Below, piece by piece: positions 12,470-24,976 of a DNA stretch of 64,000 bases (position 1 is its first letter; each line of letters starts with the position of its first letter). The DNA comes from Eledone cirrhosa. Lineage: Eukaryota. Location: contig OZ024760.1 in assembly GCA_964016885.1 (NCBI GenBank), forward strand, positions 21,080,001 through 21,144,000. Direction: 5' to 3'. The translations under genes were made by a program, and so were the position numbers. A model generated the notes under the pieces. The model saw only the letters and a program-made list of their open reading frames with translations, had not been told where the DNA came from and did no database searches.

Positions 12470-12815
12470 ATAAATGTCAATGTGTGTGAACGACCAAGCA
12501 TGGACGAGCTGAGATAGAAACTGGGTATAAGAGGGATAAGTTGTGGTGTGCAGGAGAGAAGGCTGAGCTGGTATGGACACGTGATGCGCATGGAGGATGA
12601 CCGCTGGGTAAAGAAGTGCCAAGAAATCCCAGTAGAAGGAAGATGCAGTAGAGGAAGACCATGTAAAAACATGGGCGGAGGTGCTGAGAGCAGACCTCAG
12701 ATTGCTGAAACTCACCGAGGAGATGATGAAGGACCGTGACAAGTGGAGAGATGCTGTGCTGAATAGGACCCGTCCAACCCTTGTAAGCAGGGAAAAGTGG
12801 ATGTAAAATGATGAT
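12470..12815 (+). mobile_element. RTE-clade LINE 3' fragment
   Basis: Translates 'QERRLSWYGHVMRMEDDRWVKKC...VEGRCSRGRP'; ends in tgatga repeats; same family as 27140-27730 (-). Confidence 0.85.
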
Positions 12816-13279
12816 TAGGTTGACTCAAACCTTGTGAAGAACATTAGGTAGATGGAAACTGTTTGGGAGCAATGTTAAATGGACTATACTGTACATGTAA
12901 TACAAAGAGCTAGCTTTGTCACACATACTGAGTATTGTAATATCAGTACACATAGTTTGACTGGTCAATGGAATCGTACCTTCATTTCATGAGCAAGTAG
13001 TCTCATAAATGTCTCAGGAAAGAATCACTGAACAGATTTTACATGCAAAACCAACTGGCAAGAGACCCAAGGACAGACCCCACCCCCTCCCATCGTACAA
13101 GATGGTTGGATAACATACATGAGCTCTGCTGGTCTTGTTTGGGGATCCAGCTGGAAGAAGAAGAAGAAGAAGAAGAAAATAGACCCAAGATGAGCGATGA
13201 TTGACTAGATCAACAATTGAGATGAGTCAAATATAGAGCCTGATATGGTTGTTTTGTGAGATCCAAGCTTAAGCAAAGA

Positions 13280-13452
13280 TTGTATAGATTTCTGAACCTT
13301 TCTACCCTTGTGGAACCCTTGAAATCATTTTCATATCCCAGGGAAACTTATAATATACCATTATTGATATCTATTTTTCTGTTTCTTGTGGAACCTCTTG
13401 TAACTTCTTGCAGAACTCTAGGGTTCCAAGGAACACTGGTTGAGAAACTTTG
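13280..13452. mobile_element. Degenerate hAT-type MITE
   Basis: Ends ...gggttccaaggaacactggttgagaaactttg, resembling hAT MITE termini; internal ggaaccc motifs. Confidence 0.45.
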
Positions 13453-14648
13453 GTTTAGATCAACAAATGAGTTGAGTCAAATATTGAATCTGCTATAGTA
13501 ATTTTGACTCAAGTTTCAGCAATCTTGTTCTGAGTCACACCATCAATAGTTAAGTCACCAAAGATAGAAAAGTATATCTTCCACTATATTAGCCCACAAT
13601 ATTTCTTATGCATCACATTTGATAATGTTAGCATAAAGGAGTGGGCCTCTGGGAGTGGCAGTCGTCTTGTATTTCCTAACAGAAAGAAACCATAGAAAAC
13701 CCATTTCAATTGGTTTTAGCATTGATTTCGGTACTACTTGTGTTAAATTCTTTCCAAACAGTTTCTTGGGTGTGTTGTTAATATTATAATCAGGTCTTGT
13801 GCTAACATTAAGGTCAACTAGATATCTGCCAATTACTGAAGCTTAATTATACAAACTTGTATAATTAAATTAAATATATACTAATTTCATGGGACCAATA
13901 AATAAATCACTAAACATCTTTGCCACATAGCAGCATTGTGAAAAAGATCATACAGTGTTGTATATATATACATATATATATATACAAAGACGCACTACCA
14001 AAGAAAAATCAAATAGCAAGTCAAAGAACTTACATAGATGGTAAAATTTTGGTTATTTTCAAATCGAGTAGCAAGTAAAAAAAAAAAAAAAACTTACTTA
14101 AGAATGGTAAAATTCTGAGATTTCAATATTCTATACAGCTGTTTCATGAATGAAAATTCTTTAAATATGAAAATAGAAATGGATGGAACCATAAGATGAA
14201 ACAGTCATTAGTAGAATTTTCATCTTATTAAACGCATTATATACGACTCATCACCATAGATTCAAAATAGGTTTTGAATGCAAATGGAGAGGAACGTAAT
14301 CATTTGAGAATACAGATAGGCCACGGGAATATTAGAAATAGCAATGCGTTTGGTCTACAAAGAATCACCTCCACTAAAATTTACTGTTAGGAGCAGAAAT
14401 ATATGTATTAAATAAATGAGGGTTTAGGGTATTAAACTGCATTTTCATTTGTTCTACAGGTATCCTTAACACCTATGTGAAGTATTTACAAAAATGTTAG
14501 CGTATTTGAAGAGAGTGATCTGTGTAATACTGATCTTTGACAAACATTAAAACCCTTTTAAAATATTTGGCAAGTCATACTATGAGGTATGCCATATAAT
14601 TCTCAGCACTGTATTTTTACCTATAGGCCTAATAATTTATTATATAAA

Positions 14649-14760
14649 CTAGCAGAAAAACCACCCCTCGGGTGGTTTTCTGCTAGCATATGTAGTGTGC
14701 ATATTGATATTATACGCAAATATATATGCATATAGATATGATGTATAAAATAAAATCGTA
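14649..14760 (-). mobile_element. Helitron-like 3' terminus (hairpin plus CTAG)
   Basis: ctagcagaaaaaccacc..ggtggttttctgctag palindrome; homologous copy at 56170-56269 in opposite orientation ending CTAG|T. Confidence 0.55.
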
Positions 14761-15059
14761 ATTGACAACATGCCCAGAAATTCAAGTGAAACTCTGTTAC
14801 ATTCTCTTCTGTAATCAGTAAAGTAATCCATGATACATTTTAAAGAGACAATATTATATATAAACTGCATTACGGTGAAATATTATGAAAACGGAAAAGG
14901 AGAAATGAGATTAGCGACGGGAATATAAATGTTATGATATAACGACGCAAATAAAGCGTATGGCGAAGTGTTATAACATAACGAACGCTAACAGAAACGT
15001 TGACATTTGAACATTTTAAAAGATGTGAATCTTGAAATAAGAAATACATTATATATAAG

Positions 15060-17135
15060 AATATCTTGGATGATAGAGGCCTACCAACTTGCTAAAGTCC
15101 TAGACATTATTATCAGAGCCATAGAGAAGCTGTCTTTTTCTTGGGCTACTATCCTAAAGTTAAAAACAGAGAAGGAGGACTCTATTTTCTCCGATAAAAT
15201 AGAATATCACAAGGGTATATTTCAAGGAGAGAGTCTCTCTGTGATTCTATTTATCCTGTCATAAAATCTTTGTCCTTTCTGCTTAAGAAATGTGAAGGAT
15301 ACATCATTGGCTCACAGGAGGACAGCAATACGAACCTAACCCATAATTTCTCTGTGGATGATCTGAAACTCTATACCAAGAACATAGATGATATGAAGAA
15401 AAATCTTGACCTGGTTACAACATTCTCAAAGGATATAGGAATGGAGTTTGGCCAAGATAAATGTTCATATGACTGTAAAGCGGGGAAAAACTACAACCCA
15501 ATCTAGCAACATTGTCATCAATGGCCTAACTGTTTCACCGATATCTGACGAGGACAGCTACAGATACCTGGGGATAGATGAGAACATCCTATAATGGTAT
15601 CTGTAATAAGGAACGCGTAACCAGGGAATACTAAACGCGATTAAGAAAGATATGGTCATCGGAACTCTCTGCGCAAAACAAAACAGTGGCTCACAATGTG
15701 TTTGCTGTGCCTGTCCTAACACCAACGTTTGGAATACTCAATTGGACGACAGACGGAATCTGAGCAGTTGATGTTAGAACTCAAAAAATACTAAACAACA
15801 CCGGAAACTTCCACATCAACAGTGACATAGACCGCCTTTACTTGAAACGTAAGCAGGGAGGCAGAGGCCTAACATCAGTCCAGACAGCATTTGAATGTCG
15901 CATCATATCCCTCCGACAACATCTACGAATCTCGAAGCGTAGGAGCCCATCTCTCGAGCAAGTCTATCTGCATGAAACAGATAAGATCATAAGAGTTGGG
16001 AAGGAACTCCTCGAGAAATATTCCTTGTGTGATAATCAAAATCTCACACCCAAGGAAGTCGCTCAGCAGTATCGCAGTGAATCCATGGATGAAAAACTGC
16101 ATGCTTATCAGCAAAAAATCATGCATGGATATGTCGCTAGGAAGCTCCAGAGTGAGAGTAATATAGATAAGGAAAGTAGTCTATCTTGGACCAACAACCG
16201 CTATATTGGCTCCCACTTTGAAGGATACGCTTTTGCAATCCAAGAACAGGAGGTTAACACGAAATACCCCGATTCACAAAAGAGATAGGGATGCAGGCAA
16301 AACACCTAGATGTGATAACAATGCAGACTCTGCAGAATTAACATCGAAGATGTCACCCATGTCATCAGTAGCTGTCCAAAGATGTCATCGCGGTACTATC
16401 TACCTATGAGGCATGATGTAGTGGCCAAAACACTGTACAATGTAATCCGTAGAAAAGATAGCCTCGTTAATAAACACATTAAAAGCTACAGCAATGTGGA
16501 AGACATCCATATACATAATATGAAAGAGTACTAGTGGAATGTTCCAGTAAAAACCCCAATAAAATGCAGGCATAATAGACCAGATATTATGATATGGGAC
16601 AGGGAGAAGAAGGCATACACAGTAGTGGAAATTAGCTGCCCAGCAGATGTCAATATAATATCAAAGATTAGCGATAGGAGAATATTTATGCAGAACTAAT
16701 GAGAAATCTACCTATACCTTCAGATTTATGCCTGTGATTATTGGGGCACTGGGGTATGTTAGTAACTGTCTCAATACAAATCTTGAGAAGCTGGGCTTCA
16801 CAGAAACAGAAAGAACCCAACTACTTAGGATATTACAAGTACAATCCATTAATGGAACAGTAAAAATATGTAAAACATTCCAAAAATGTTGCATCTAATA
16901 ACTGCATATACACATATACAGATACAAAACATATACACATGCACACATACAACTCAAAACATCCACATCCACACATACAATAACATCGACACCTACACAC
17001 ACATGCATGCAGACATACATACATATCTACCTAGTTGATGTTGTGTAAATTCCAATGAGAGAGTCTTGTGTCTATGTTAGAAACCGACTCTCTCTCTCTA
17101 TTGGTAACAATTTGTGAAATTATAAAACCAGAAGA
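15060..17135 (+). mobile_element. Decayed R4/Dong-like non-LTR retrotransposon (RT plus restriction-like endonuclease), 5' truncated
   Basis: Frameshifted motifs 'GIFQGESLS', 'FSVDDLKLY', 'GMEFGQDKC', 'YRYLGIDE', 'RLYLKRKQGGRGL', 'AIQEQEVNT', CCHC 'CRLC..EDVTHVISSC', 'RPDIMIWD', 'EISCPAD', 'PVIIGALG'. Confidence 0.88.
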
Positions 17136-17149
17136 ACATACATACATAC

Positions 17150-17776
17150 ATGGTGGCTGCCAACTCGTTTTCGAGTACGGCCACTACTTTACATCCATGT
17201 AGGATAACCCCTACCGAAGCGCTGAACGAGTGTGACTTTTTAGTCCAGCCAGCGACTTGAAACCTCTGGTACAAACACTACACCTGTGACAATCATTGAC
17301 ACATAGTGCTAGGCCCATGGTAGGACAATTATTGACACATAGTGCTGGGCCCATGTGAGGACAAGTGCAGAGAGATCTCCAGATATAAAGCAATGCCTGT
17401 GCCGTGAAGCTTTTATAGTGAGCAAAGGCACTGCACAAAGCCAGTCCCACTCTCTTAACCAAGATGCTATTTACCAAAAAGAAGAACAAGTCAACATCAT
17501 TGGATACCATCAGGGTTGCAGGTGTTATATCAGAGTTTTCCTTCTCCTAGAATTCTGCCTTGACTAAGGCTAAAGGGGTCATCTCTCCCGGTGATTTTGG
17601 ATGGCCATTGACTCTTAAGAGCTCCTTTGCCCTTTGACAGGTTTTGTTTTTAGTCCTGCAGGATGTCCAAAGTCACCCTCCTCACCAAGAAACCTTGGTG
17701 GGGTTGCCAGTTTAGTCGCCAACGACCCGACCATGAGACAGGTTGTACTGGGATACATGTTACCAGTAGCACCAAC
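17150..17776 (-). mobile_element. Non-autonomous RTE-derived element, copy 2, flanked by (CATA)n
   Basis: Near-identical to 9370-9972; minus-strand remnant 'HRCSVCTRGFKSLAGLKSHTR'. Confidence 0.72.
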
Positions 17777-17833
17777 ATACATACATACATACATACATAC
17801 ATACATACATACATACATACATACATACATACA

Positions 17834-17865
<32 letters not shown>

Positions 17866-18529
17866 GATATACATACAGACATACATACATACATATAGAC
17901 ATACATACATACATACATACATACATGTTGAAGAATGACAACAGAAAGCGAAGTTTAGTACTTAATTCGTTCATTCTCGTTCACTGTTTCTTATGAAGAC
18001 GGTGAGATGGATCTATAATATTATGGAGTTACATAATTACCATCGATCAGTCGCTATATCGATTTATCATGGTCAATCAACCTTCTGAAACGATCATAAA
18101 ACAATGAACTAATTAAGCACTAAACTTCACCTTTTGTTATCGTTGTTCGAGAGAGAGAGAGAGAGAGAGTCAACTTCGCTCTTGTTTGGTGACATGGAAT
18201 AACTTTCATGAGGGTTGTATCTGTACACGACACCGTAAATAACTTTAGTCTACCTGTTGATAGAGATACTCCAGGTAGATATAGTGGGATAAAGTTTATT
18301 ATTATATGAGCTAAAGTTAACCCTGTCTGCCTATTATGTGGTACAATACTTATACCATGAGGTAAAGTTAACCCTGTGTCTGTTATGTGGGACAATACTT
18401 ATTACATGAGGTAAAGTTAACCCTGTAGAAGACATGGAACGATGGTTCAGAAATCATTTCGCCATGTCTAAATGTAAACACAAACATCCAATTTCCCCCT
18501 TACAACACAAACATCACACCAAGTTTCAA

Positions 18530-18842
18530 TATTTACTGTATGAGAGATATTATAAACTCTGTTAACAATAAACCAACACTATTTACTGTTTGAGAGACAT
18601 AATAAACTCTGTTAACAATAAACCAACACTATTTACTGTATGAGAGACATTGTTAACAATAAACCAACACTATTTACTGTATGAGAGACATAATAAACTC
18701 TGTTAACAATAAACCAACAATATTTACTGTATGAGAGATATTATAAACTCTGTTGACAATAAACCAACAATATTTACTGTTTGAGAGACATAATAAACTC
18801 TGTTAACAATAAACCAACACTATTTACTGTATGAGAGACATA
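18530..18842. repeat. Minisatellite, about 50 bp unit
   Basis: tatttactgtatgagagacataataaactctgttaacaataaaccaacac, about 6 copies. Confidence 0.92.
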
Positions 18843-19444
18843 GCTTAACAGTTCTTACGTAGGATTATGATGGAAGGTATTTGGGGATTTTGTTTTCCCG
18901 ATAAAGAGTTTAAAACAAGCAGCTTTGTACTGTACATAGAAACAGTCAATTTCTGGAGGTTTAGTACCAAAGTACTATAGTACTATAGACTCAAGGAAAT
19001 ATAAAACAATTATATTTAAATATATACGCACCAGGTCCGAACACAAAAGAACCAAACTCCCATTGACTCCCCATCTCTCCCGCTCTCCCCATCTCTCACT
19101 ATTGTGAGCAAATGGGGGTCCACGCGCTGGCTGACCCGGAGGAAACCAATATTATTTTTTATGTAACTTTTCTATTATTGCCTCAGCTATGTTTAATATA
19201 TAACAATAACTTACCTGATCCATTATGTGTTTTTTTAGTTAAGGTGATCGTCTGCTTTTTCCAGTTGCTCACGTGGTATATTGTAGCGTCCGTCAAAATT
19301 GGCACCTCCCTCTCCTTTTACCCCCTTCCTTCTCTTACATTACTACAGGAGACCGTTCCTTTTACCTTCCCCTTCCCTCTCACACGACTACAAAAGACTG
19401 TTCCTTTTACCTCCCTCACATTACTACAAGGTTCTCCTAAATAC

Positions 19445-20400
19445 AATGGAACCCATTGTGATTGAGGAACGCGAGGCCGCCTGCGAGACGTGGAACCAGC
19501 TTGGACTTAGCTCAGTAGACGTCCCTTCTCCTTCTCCCCCTGCTGATGTTAAGTCCCCCCCCCCCCCGAGTATTTGGGATGCGATCCAGTGAAACCTGGC
19601 CTCAGACAGGCTAGCGCGCCAGCTAGACCAGCACCACCTTGCATGTTTCCGCGCAGCCTTACAACCCCACAGAGGGGCCTGACTCCATGCCTTACACTCC
19701 TTCTCTACTGGCACGCAGCTGGACAATGAGAGCCTGCGTATCGGGTTTTCCCTGAGGTTTGGCCTCCGGATCTGCGAGTCACACAAATGTCGCTGCGGAT
19801 CCACAGTGGACTCTTTCGGACTCCACCCACTTTCCTGTCGCTACAGTGCTGGCCGCCTCCCACGCTATGCTGACCTCAACGAGGTCATAAAGCATGGCTT
19901 GGATGCTGCAGGCTTCCCCTTCCAGCTCGAACCGGTGGAGCTGGACCGAGGGGACGGCAAAAGGCCGTTCTGCAGCGGTAAACTTCTCGTCTGGGATGCC
20001 ACATGTAGCGATACATTCTCTAGCAGCAACCTGGTGCAGTCTGTGACTAACCCTGGTTCTGCTGCACTTCGGGCTGAGGAGGGTAAACTCTCCAAGTATC
20101 GGTCGCTCCTCAACATGTTTGCAGTCGAGCCCCTAGCAGTGGAGACTTCTGGTGTCCTTGGGCCTAGGGCTACCTCCCTACTTACCACCATAGGCGCTGA
20201 GCTGGCCAGCCGCAGGTGTGAACCTCACGAGATGGAATGGCTCTTCCAACGCATCTCCTTTACCATCCTCCGGAGAAACGCTTTCTCCATTCTGTCCACC
20301 GGGACCGTGATGCAGCCAGCACTTGGGATCCCATTCACTCATAATAGTGAGAAATGGGGGTGATGACAGTGGGAGTTTGGCTCCTCTGTGTTCGGACCTG
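19445..20400 (+). mobile_element. CRE-clade non-LTR retrotransposon 3' fragment (CCHC plus REL endonuclease)
   Basis: 'LRFGLRICESHKCRCGSTVDSFGLHPLSC', 'LEPVELDRGDGKRP', 'LVWDATCSDT', 'AEEGKLSKY', 'PLAVETSGVLG'. Confidence 0.85.
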
Positions 20401-20518
20401 GTATGCAGCGTTAGTTGTCCGTAACGAGGTAGTGATTCATCTACTATTATCTAGGGTGCTGATATCAATTATCTTGCTTTTACCATTCAGTATTTTCGTT
20501 ATATAGATAGACAAGAGA

Positions 20519-22782
20519 TACATTACTACAGGGGACTGTTCCTTTTACCTCCCCCTCCCTCTCTTACATTACTACAGCGGACTGTTCCTTTTACCTCCCC
20601 CCTCCCTCTCTTACATTACTACAGGGGACTGTTCCTTTTACCTCCCCCCTCCCTCTCTTACATTACTACAGGGGACTGTTCCTTTTACCTCCCCCCTCCC
20701 TCTCTTACATTACTACAGGGGACTGTTCCTTTTACCTCCCCCTTCCCTCTCTTACATTACTACAGGGGACTGTTCCTTTCATCTCCCCCTTCCCTCTCTT
20801 ACATTACTACGGGGGACTGTTCCTTTTACCTCCCCCTTCCCTCTCTTACATTACTACGGGGGACTGTTCCTTTTACCTCCCCCTTCCCTCTCTTACATTA
20901 CTACAGAGGACTGTTCCTATTACCTCCCCCTTCCCTCTCTTACATTACTACAGAGGACTGTTCCTTTTACCTCCCCCTTCCCTCTCTTACATTACTACGG
21001 GGGACTGTTCCTTTCATCTCCCCCTTCCCTCTCTTACATTACTACGGGGGACTGTTCCTTTTACCTCCCCCTTCCCTCTCTTACATTACTACGGGGGACT
21101 GTTCCTTTCATCTCCCCCTTCCCTCTCTTACATTACTACGGGGGACTGTTCCTTTTACCTCCCCCTTCCCTATCTTACATTACTACGGGGGACTGTTCCT
21201 TTTACCTCCCCCTTCCCTCTCTTACATTACTACAGAGGACTGTTCCTTTTACCTCCCCCTTCCCTCTCTTACATTACTACAGAGGACTGTTCCTTTTACC
21301 TCCCCCTTCCCTCTCTTACATTACTACAGGGGACTGTTCCTTTTACCTCCCCCCTCCCTCTCTTACATTACTACAGGGGACTGTTCCTTTTACCTCCCCC
21401 CTCCCTCTCTTACATTACTACAGAGGACTGTTCCTTTTACCTCCCCCCTCCCTCTCTTACATTACTACAGAGGACTGTTCCTTTTACCTCCCCCTTCCCT
21501 CTCTTACATTACTACAGGGGACTGTTCCTTTTACCTCCCCCCTCCCTCTCTTACATTACTACAGAGGACTGTTCCTTTTACCTCCCCCTTCCCTCTCTTA
21601 CATTACTACAGGGGACTGTTCCTTTTACCCCCCCCCCCCCTTCCCTCTCTTACATTACTACAGGGGACTGTTCCTTTTACCCCCCCTTCCCTCTCTTACA
21701 TTACTACAGGGGACTGTTCCTTTTACCCCCCTTCCCTCTCTTACATTACTACAAGGGGACTGTTCCTTTTACCCCCCCCCTCCCCTCTCTTACATTACTA
21801 CAGGGGACTGTTCCTTTTACCTCCCACTTCCCTCTCTTACATTACTACAGGGGACTGTTCCTTTTACCTCCCCCTCCCTCTCTTACATTACTATAGAGGA
21901 CTGTTTATTTTACCTCCCCCCTCCCTCTCTTACATTACTACAGAGGACTGTTCTTTTTACCTCCCCCTCTCTCTCTTACATTACTACAGAGGACTGTTCC
22001 TTTTACCTCCCCCTTCCCTCTCTTACATTACTACAGGGGACTGTTCCTTTTACCTCCCCCTTCCCTCTCTTACATTACTACAGGGGACTGTTCCTTTTAC
22101 CTCCCCCTTCCCTCTCTTACATTACTACAGAGGACTGTTCCTTTTACCTCCCCCTTCCCTCTCTTACATTACTACAGGGGACTGTTCCTTTTACCTCCCC
22201 CTTCCCTCTCTTACATTACTACAGAGGACTGTTCCTTTTACCCCCTTCCCTCTCTTACATTACTACAGGGGACTGTTCCTTTTACCTCCCCCTTCCCTCT
22301 CTTACATTACTACAGGGGACTGTTCCTTTTACCTCCCCCTTCCCTCTCTTACATTACTACAGGGGACTGTTCCTTTTACCTCCCCCTTCCCTCTCTTACA
22401 TTACTACAGAGGACTGTTCCTTTTACCTCCCCCTTCCCTCTCTTACATTACTACAGGGGACTGTTCCTTTTACCTCCCCCTTCCCTCTCTTACATTACTA
22501 CAGGGGACTGTTCCTTTTACCTCCCCCTTCCCTCTCTTACATTACTACAGAGGACTGTTCCTTTTACCTCCCCCTTCCCTCTCTTACATTACTACAGGGG
22601 ACTGTTCCTTTTACCTCCCCCTTCCCTCTCTTACATTACTACAGAGGACTGTTCCTATTACCTCCCCCTTCCCTCTCTTACATTACTACAGAGGACTGTT
22701 CCTTTTACCTCCCCCTTCCCTCTCTTACATTACTACAGAGGACTGTTCCTTTTACCTCCCCCTTCCCTCTCTTACATTACTG
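20519..22782. repeat. Pyrimidine-rich minisatellite, about 47 bp unit (cattactacaggggactgttccttttacctcccccttccctctctta)
   Basis: About 48 tandem copies; reverse-complement relative of the 1-810 array. Confidence 0.97.
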
Positions 22783-22989
22783 TATGAGTTTGTGCCTGTA
22801 TTTTTTATGCAAACACACATACCCACACTCAACGGTATGAGAATATAAATATAAACGAACAGACACACATACACACACACATATGTGTATGTATGTGTAG
22901 ATGTGTGTGTGTGTTTAATTTTCTGTGTATCTGATTAATACATACACCCACACCAAATTATGTTATAAGTAATAACACAATTCGACCCT

Positions 22990-23290
22990 CTCAACTGCTT
23001 TGGATATTTCCACAATGCTGCTCCGAGGGAAAGTCCCCAAACACTCCTTCCAGCAGGTCCTGTCAGAAGCAACTGTTCCCATCTGATCTGACTGAATCCC
23101 CAAGTAAGACCAGCTAAGCTCATTGATGTTACCAAAACATCTTTCTTGGGGTCTACCCCTGGGTCTCTTGCCAGTTGGTTTTGCCCGTAAAATCTGTCCA
23201 GTGATTATTTCCTGAGACATTCTAACCACATACCCCATAGTATCGCAGCTGGTATCTCTCAATTTAGAGAAGTAGCTGTTCTACCTTTCT
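22990..23290 (-). mobile_element. RTE-type LINE 3' remnant
   Basis: 'GYVVRMSQE...QILRAKPTGKRPRGRP'; related remnants at 12940-13150 and 29010-29190. Confidence 0.7.
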
Positions 23291-23321
23291 TTACCGTTTC
23301 TTTAATATATCACCTATATCT

Positions 23322-23560
23322 TTATCTATATATCTAAAACAGAGAATGTCTGTCTGACTCCCTAAAACTCAAGAACCATTCAACCGAGTTTTTTCAAACT
23401 TTACACATGTAATACTTATGGTCCTGTGAGTGTTTTGAGCAAAAAATATTTCAAATTTTCAATGCCCTAGGGACCGCATAAAGCGCCGGAACGTCACGCC
23501 CTTATAATATCTGACTGTATGTCTGGCTGTCTGCATTACGACATTATGACAACATTGACT
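23322..23560 (+). mobile_element. Helitron-like non-autonomous 5' end
   Basis: Starts tctatatatctaaaac..tgtctgtctg, then aactcaagaacc..caaactttacac, a pattern typical of such elements. Confidence 0.45.
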
Positions 23561-23733
23561 ATGCTATCTGTGTATGTGTGTATATATGTATATATAGTGT
23601 GTGTATAATATATATATAGAATGTAACGTTTTTCGAAATATTTACTTCTGCGTTCACAGATTGATTTTTTTAGTTTCAGAAGATCCCGTTAAGGGTGAAA
23701 GCAGCGATTCTTTGTTTAAACTTTAATCTGTTA

Positions 23734-23772
<39 letters not shown>

Positions 23773-23849
23773 GTGTACAGATATTTTTGCATACACAATA
23801 ACAATTGAACATTTTACTCTCAGGCACCTAATTAAGACTTGATGAAGTC

Positions 23850-24162
23850 ATTTTAGCCACAGTTGTACATGTCTGGTTAGTGACTTGATCGGAGGCTGTG
23901 TTGTACATGTCTGGCAAGTGACTTGATTGAGACTGTGTTGTACATGTCTGACAAGTGACTTGATCTGAGATGTGTTGTTCATGTCTGGCAAGTGACTTGA
24001 TCTGAGACTGTGTTGTACATGTCTGACAAGTGACTTGATCTGAAATGTGTTGTTCATGTCTGGCAAGTGACTTGATTGAGACTGTATTGAAACTAAAACA
24101 GTTATACTGTGGAAGAGTCATTTTAGCCACAGTAGTAAATGTCTGGCAAGTGACTTGATCTT
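23850..24162. repeat. Minisatellite, about 39 bp unit (gtacatgtctggcaagtgacttgatctgagactgtgtt)
   Basis: Tandem units visible. Confidence 0.9.
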
Positions 24163-24596
24163 GGATTGTATAGAACCTAAAGCAATTACACTATGGAAGG
24201 CTAGAATACAAAGACATTCACAAACACAAAACTGTTAAATTCATTTTACATTCATCATAGATTCCAGTGTTAAATGTCACACTGATTTAGAAAGTTTTCA
24301 AAATGCATGTTCACATCTGCAGGACAGCTGATGTCTAAAAATGCACTTAGCTGTTCTTTCTCGAAACAGCTATATCCAGCTTGTATATGTTTTGCAATTG
24401 AAGGAAGACTTGATGGGAATACTGCATCGTTTTTCCGTGGACCGAAACAACATCTCGGTTTCATTTTACTAGCTGTTACATTCCCAGTAAGATGCCATTC
24501 TCTACACAACAACCATAAATGTAATCCTATATTTTTCCTGCCATCACACCACTCCACCAAACACATCACACACACACACACATACTTACATATATG

Positions 24597-24630
<34 letters not shown>

Positions 24631-24931
24631 TTGGTAAACGGAATAGAAAATGCTGACAAATTGTTCACAGTTGAAAAATGGTTTAATTAGGAATAAAAGA
24701 GTATTAGTGATTGTATGGGTTAGTATTCAGTTGTGGTTTTAAGTTTTTAAGTTTTTACCGGTTGCGCATTTCTAAATGCTTTTCAAAAATAATTTTGAGA
24801 AAGAGTGTCCGTGCTGTTTGCTCTGATCAGAGCAAACAGCACGGACACTCTGAGAATTAGCAAACAGCACGGACACACTGAGAATTAGCCGTCGAAACGG
24901 CTTGAGCTCAGCTGTCGGGGTCTTACTGGTT

Positions 24932-24973
<42 letters not shown>

Positions 24974-24976
24974 TAT

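Noticed and set aside
14130-14260. Degenerate long-stem hammerhead-like motifs (here on the minus strand; also 17980-18110, 41395-41440, 54085-54140, 62605-62660)
   Set aside because: Core bases or stem I are damaged; probably decayed members of the same class but not supportable individually.
24270-24540. Possible minus-strand host exon (..FLDISCPADVNM..)
   Set aside because: Resembles the REL endonuclease motif 'EISCPADVN' of the LINE at about 16630, so more likely an old LINE remnant; weak acceptor.
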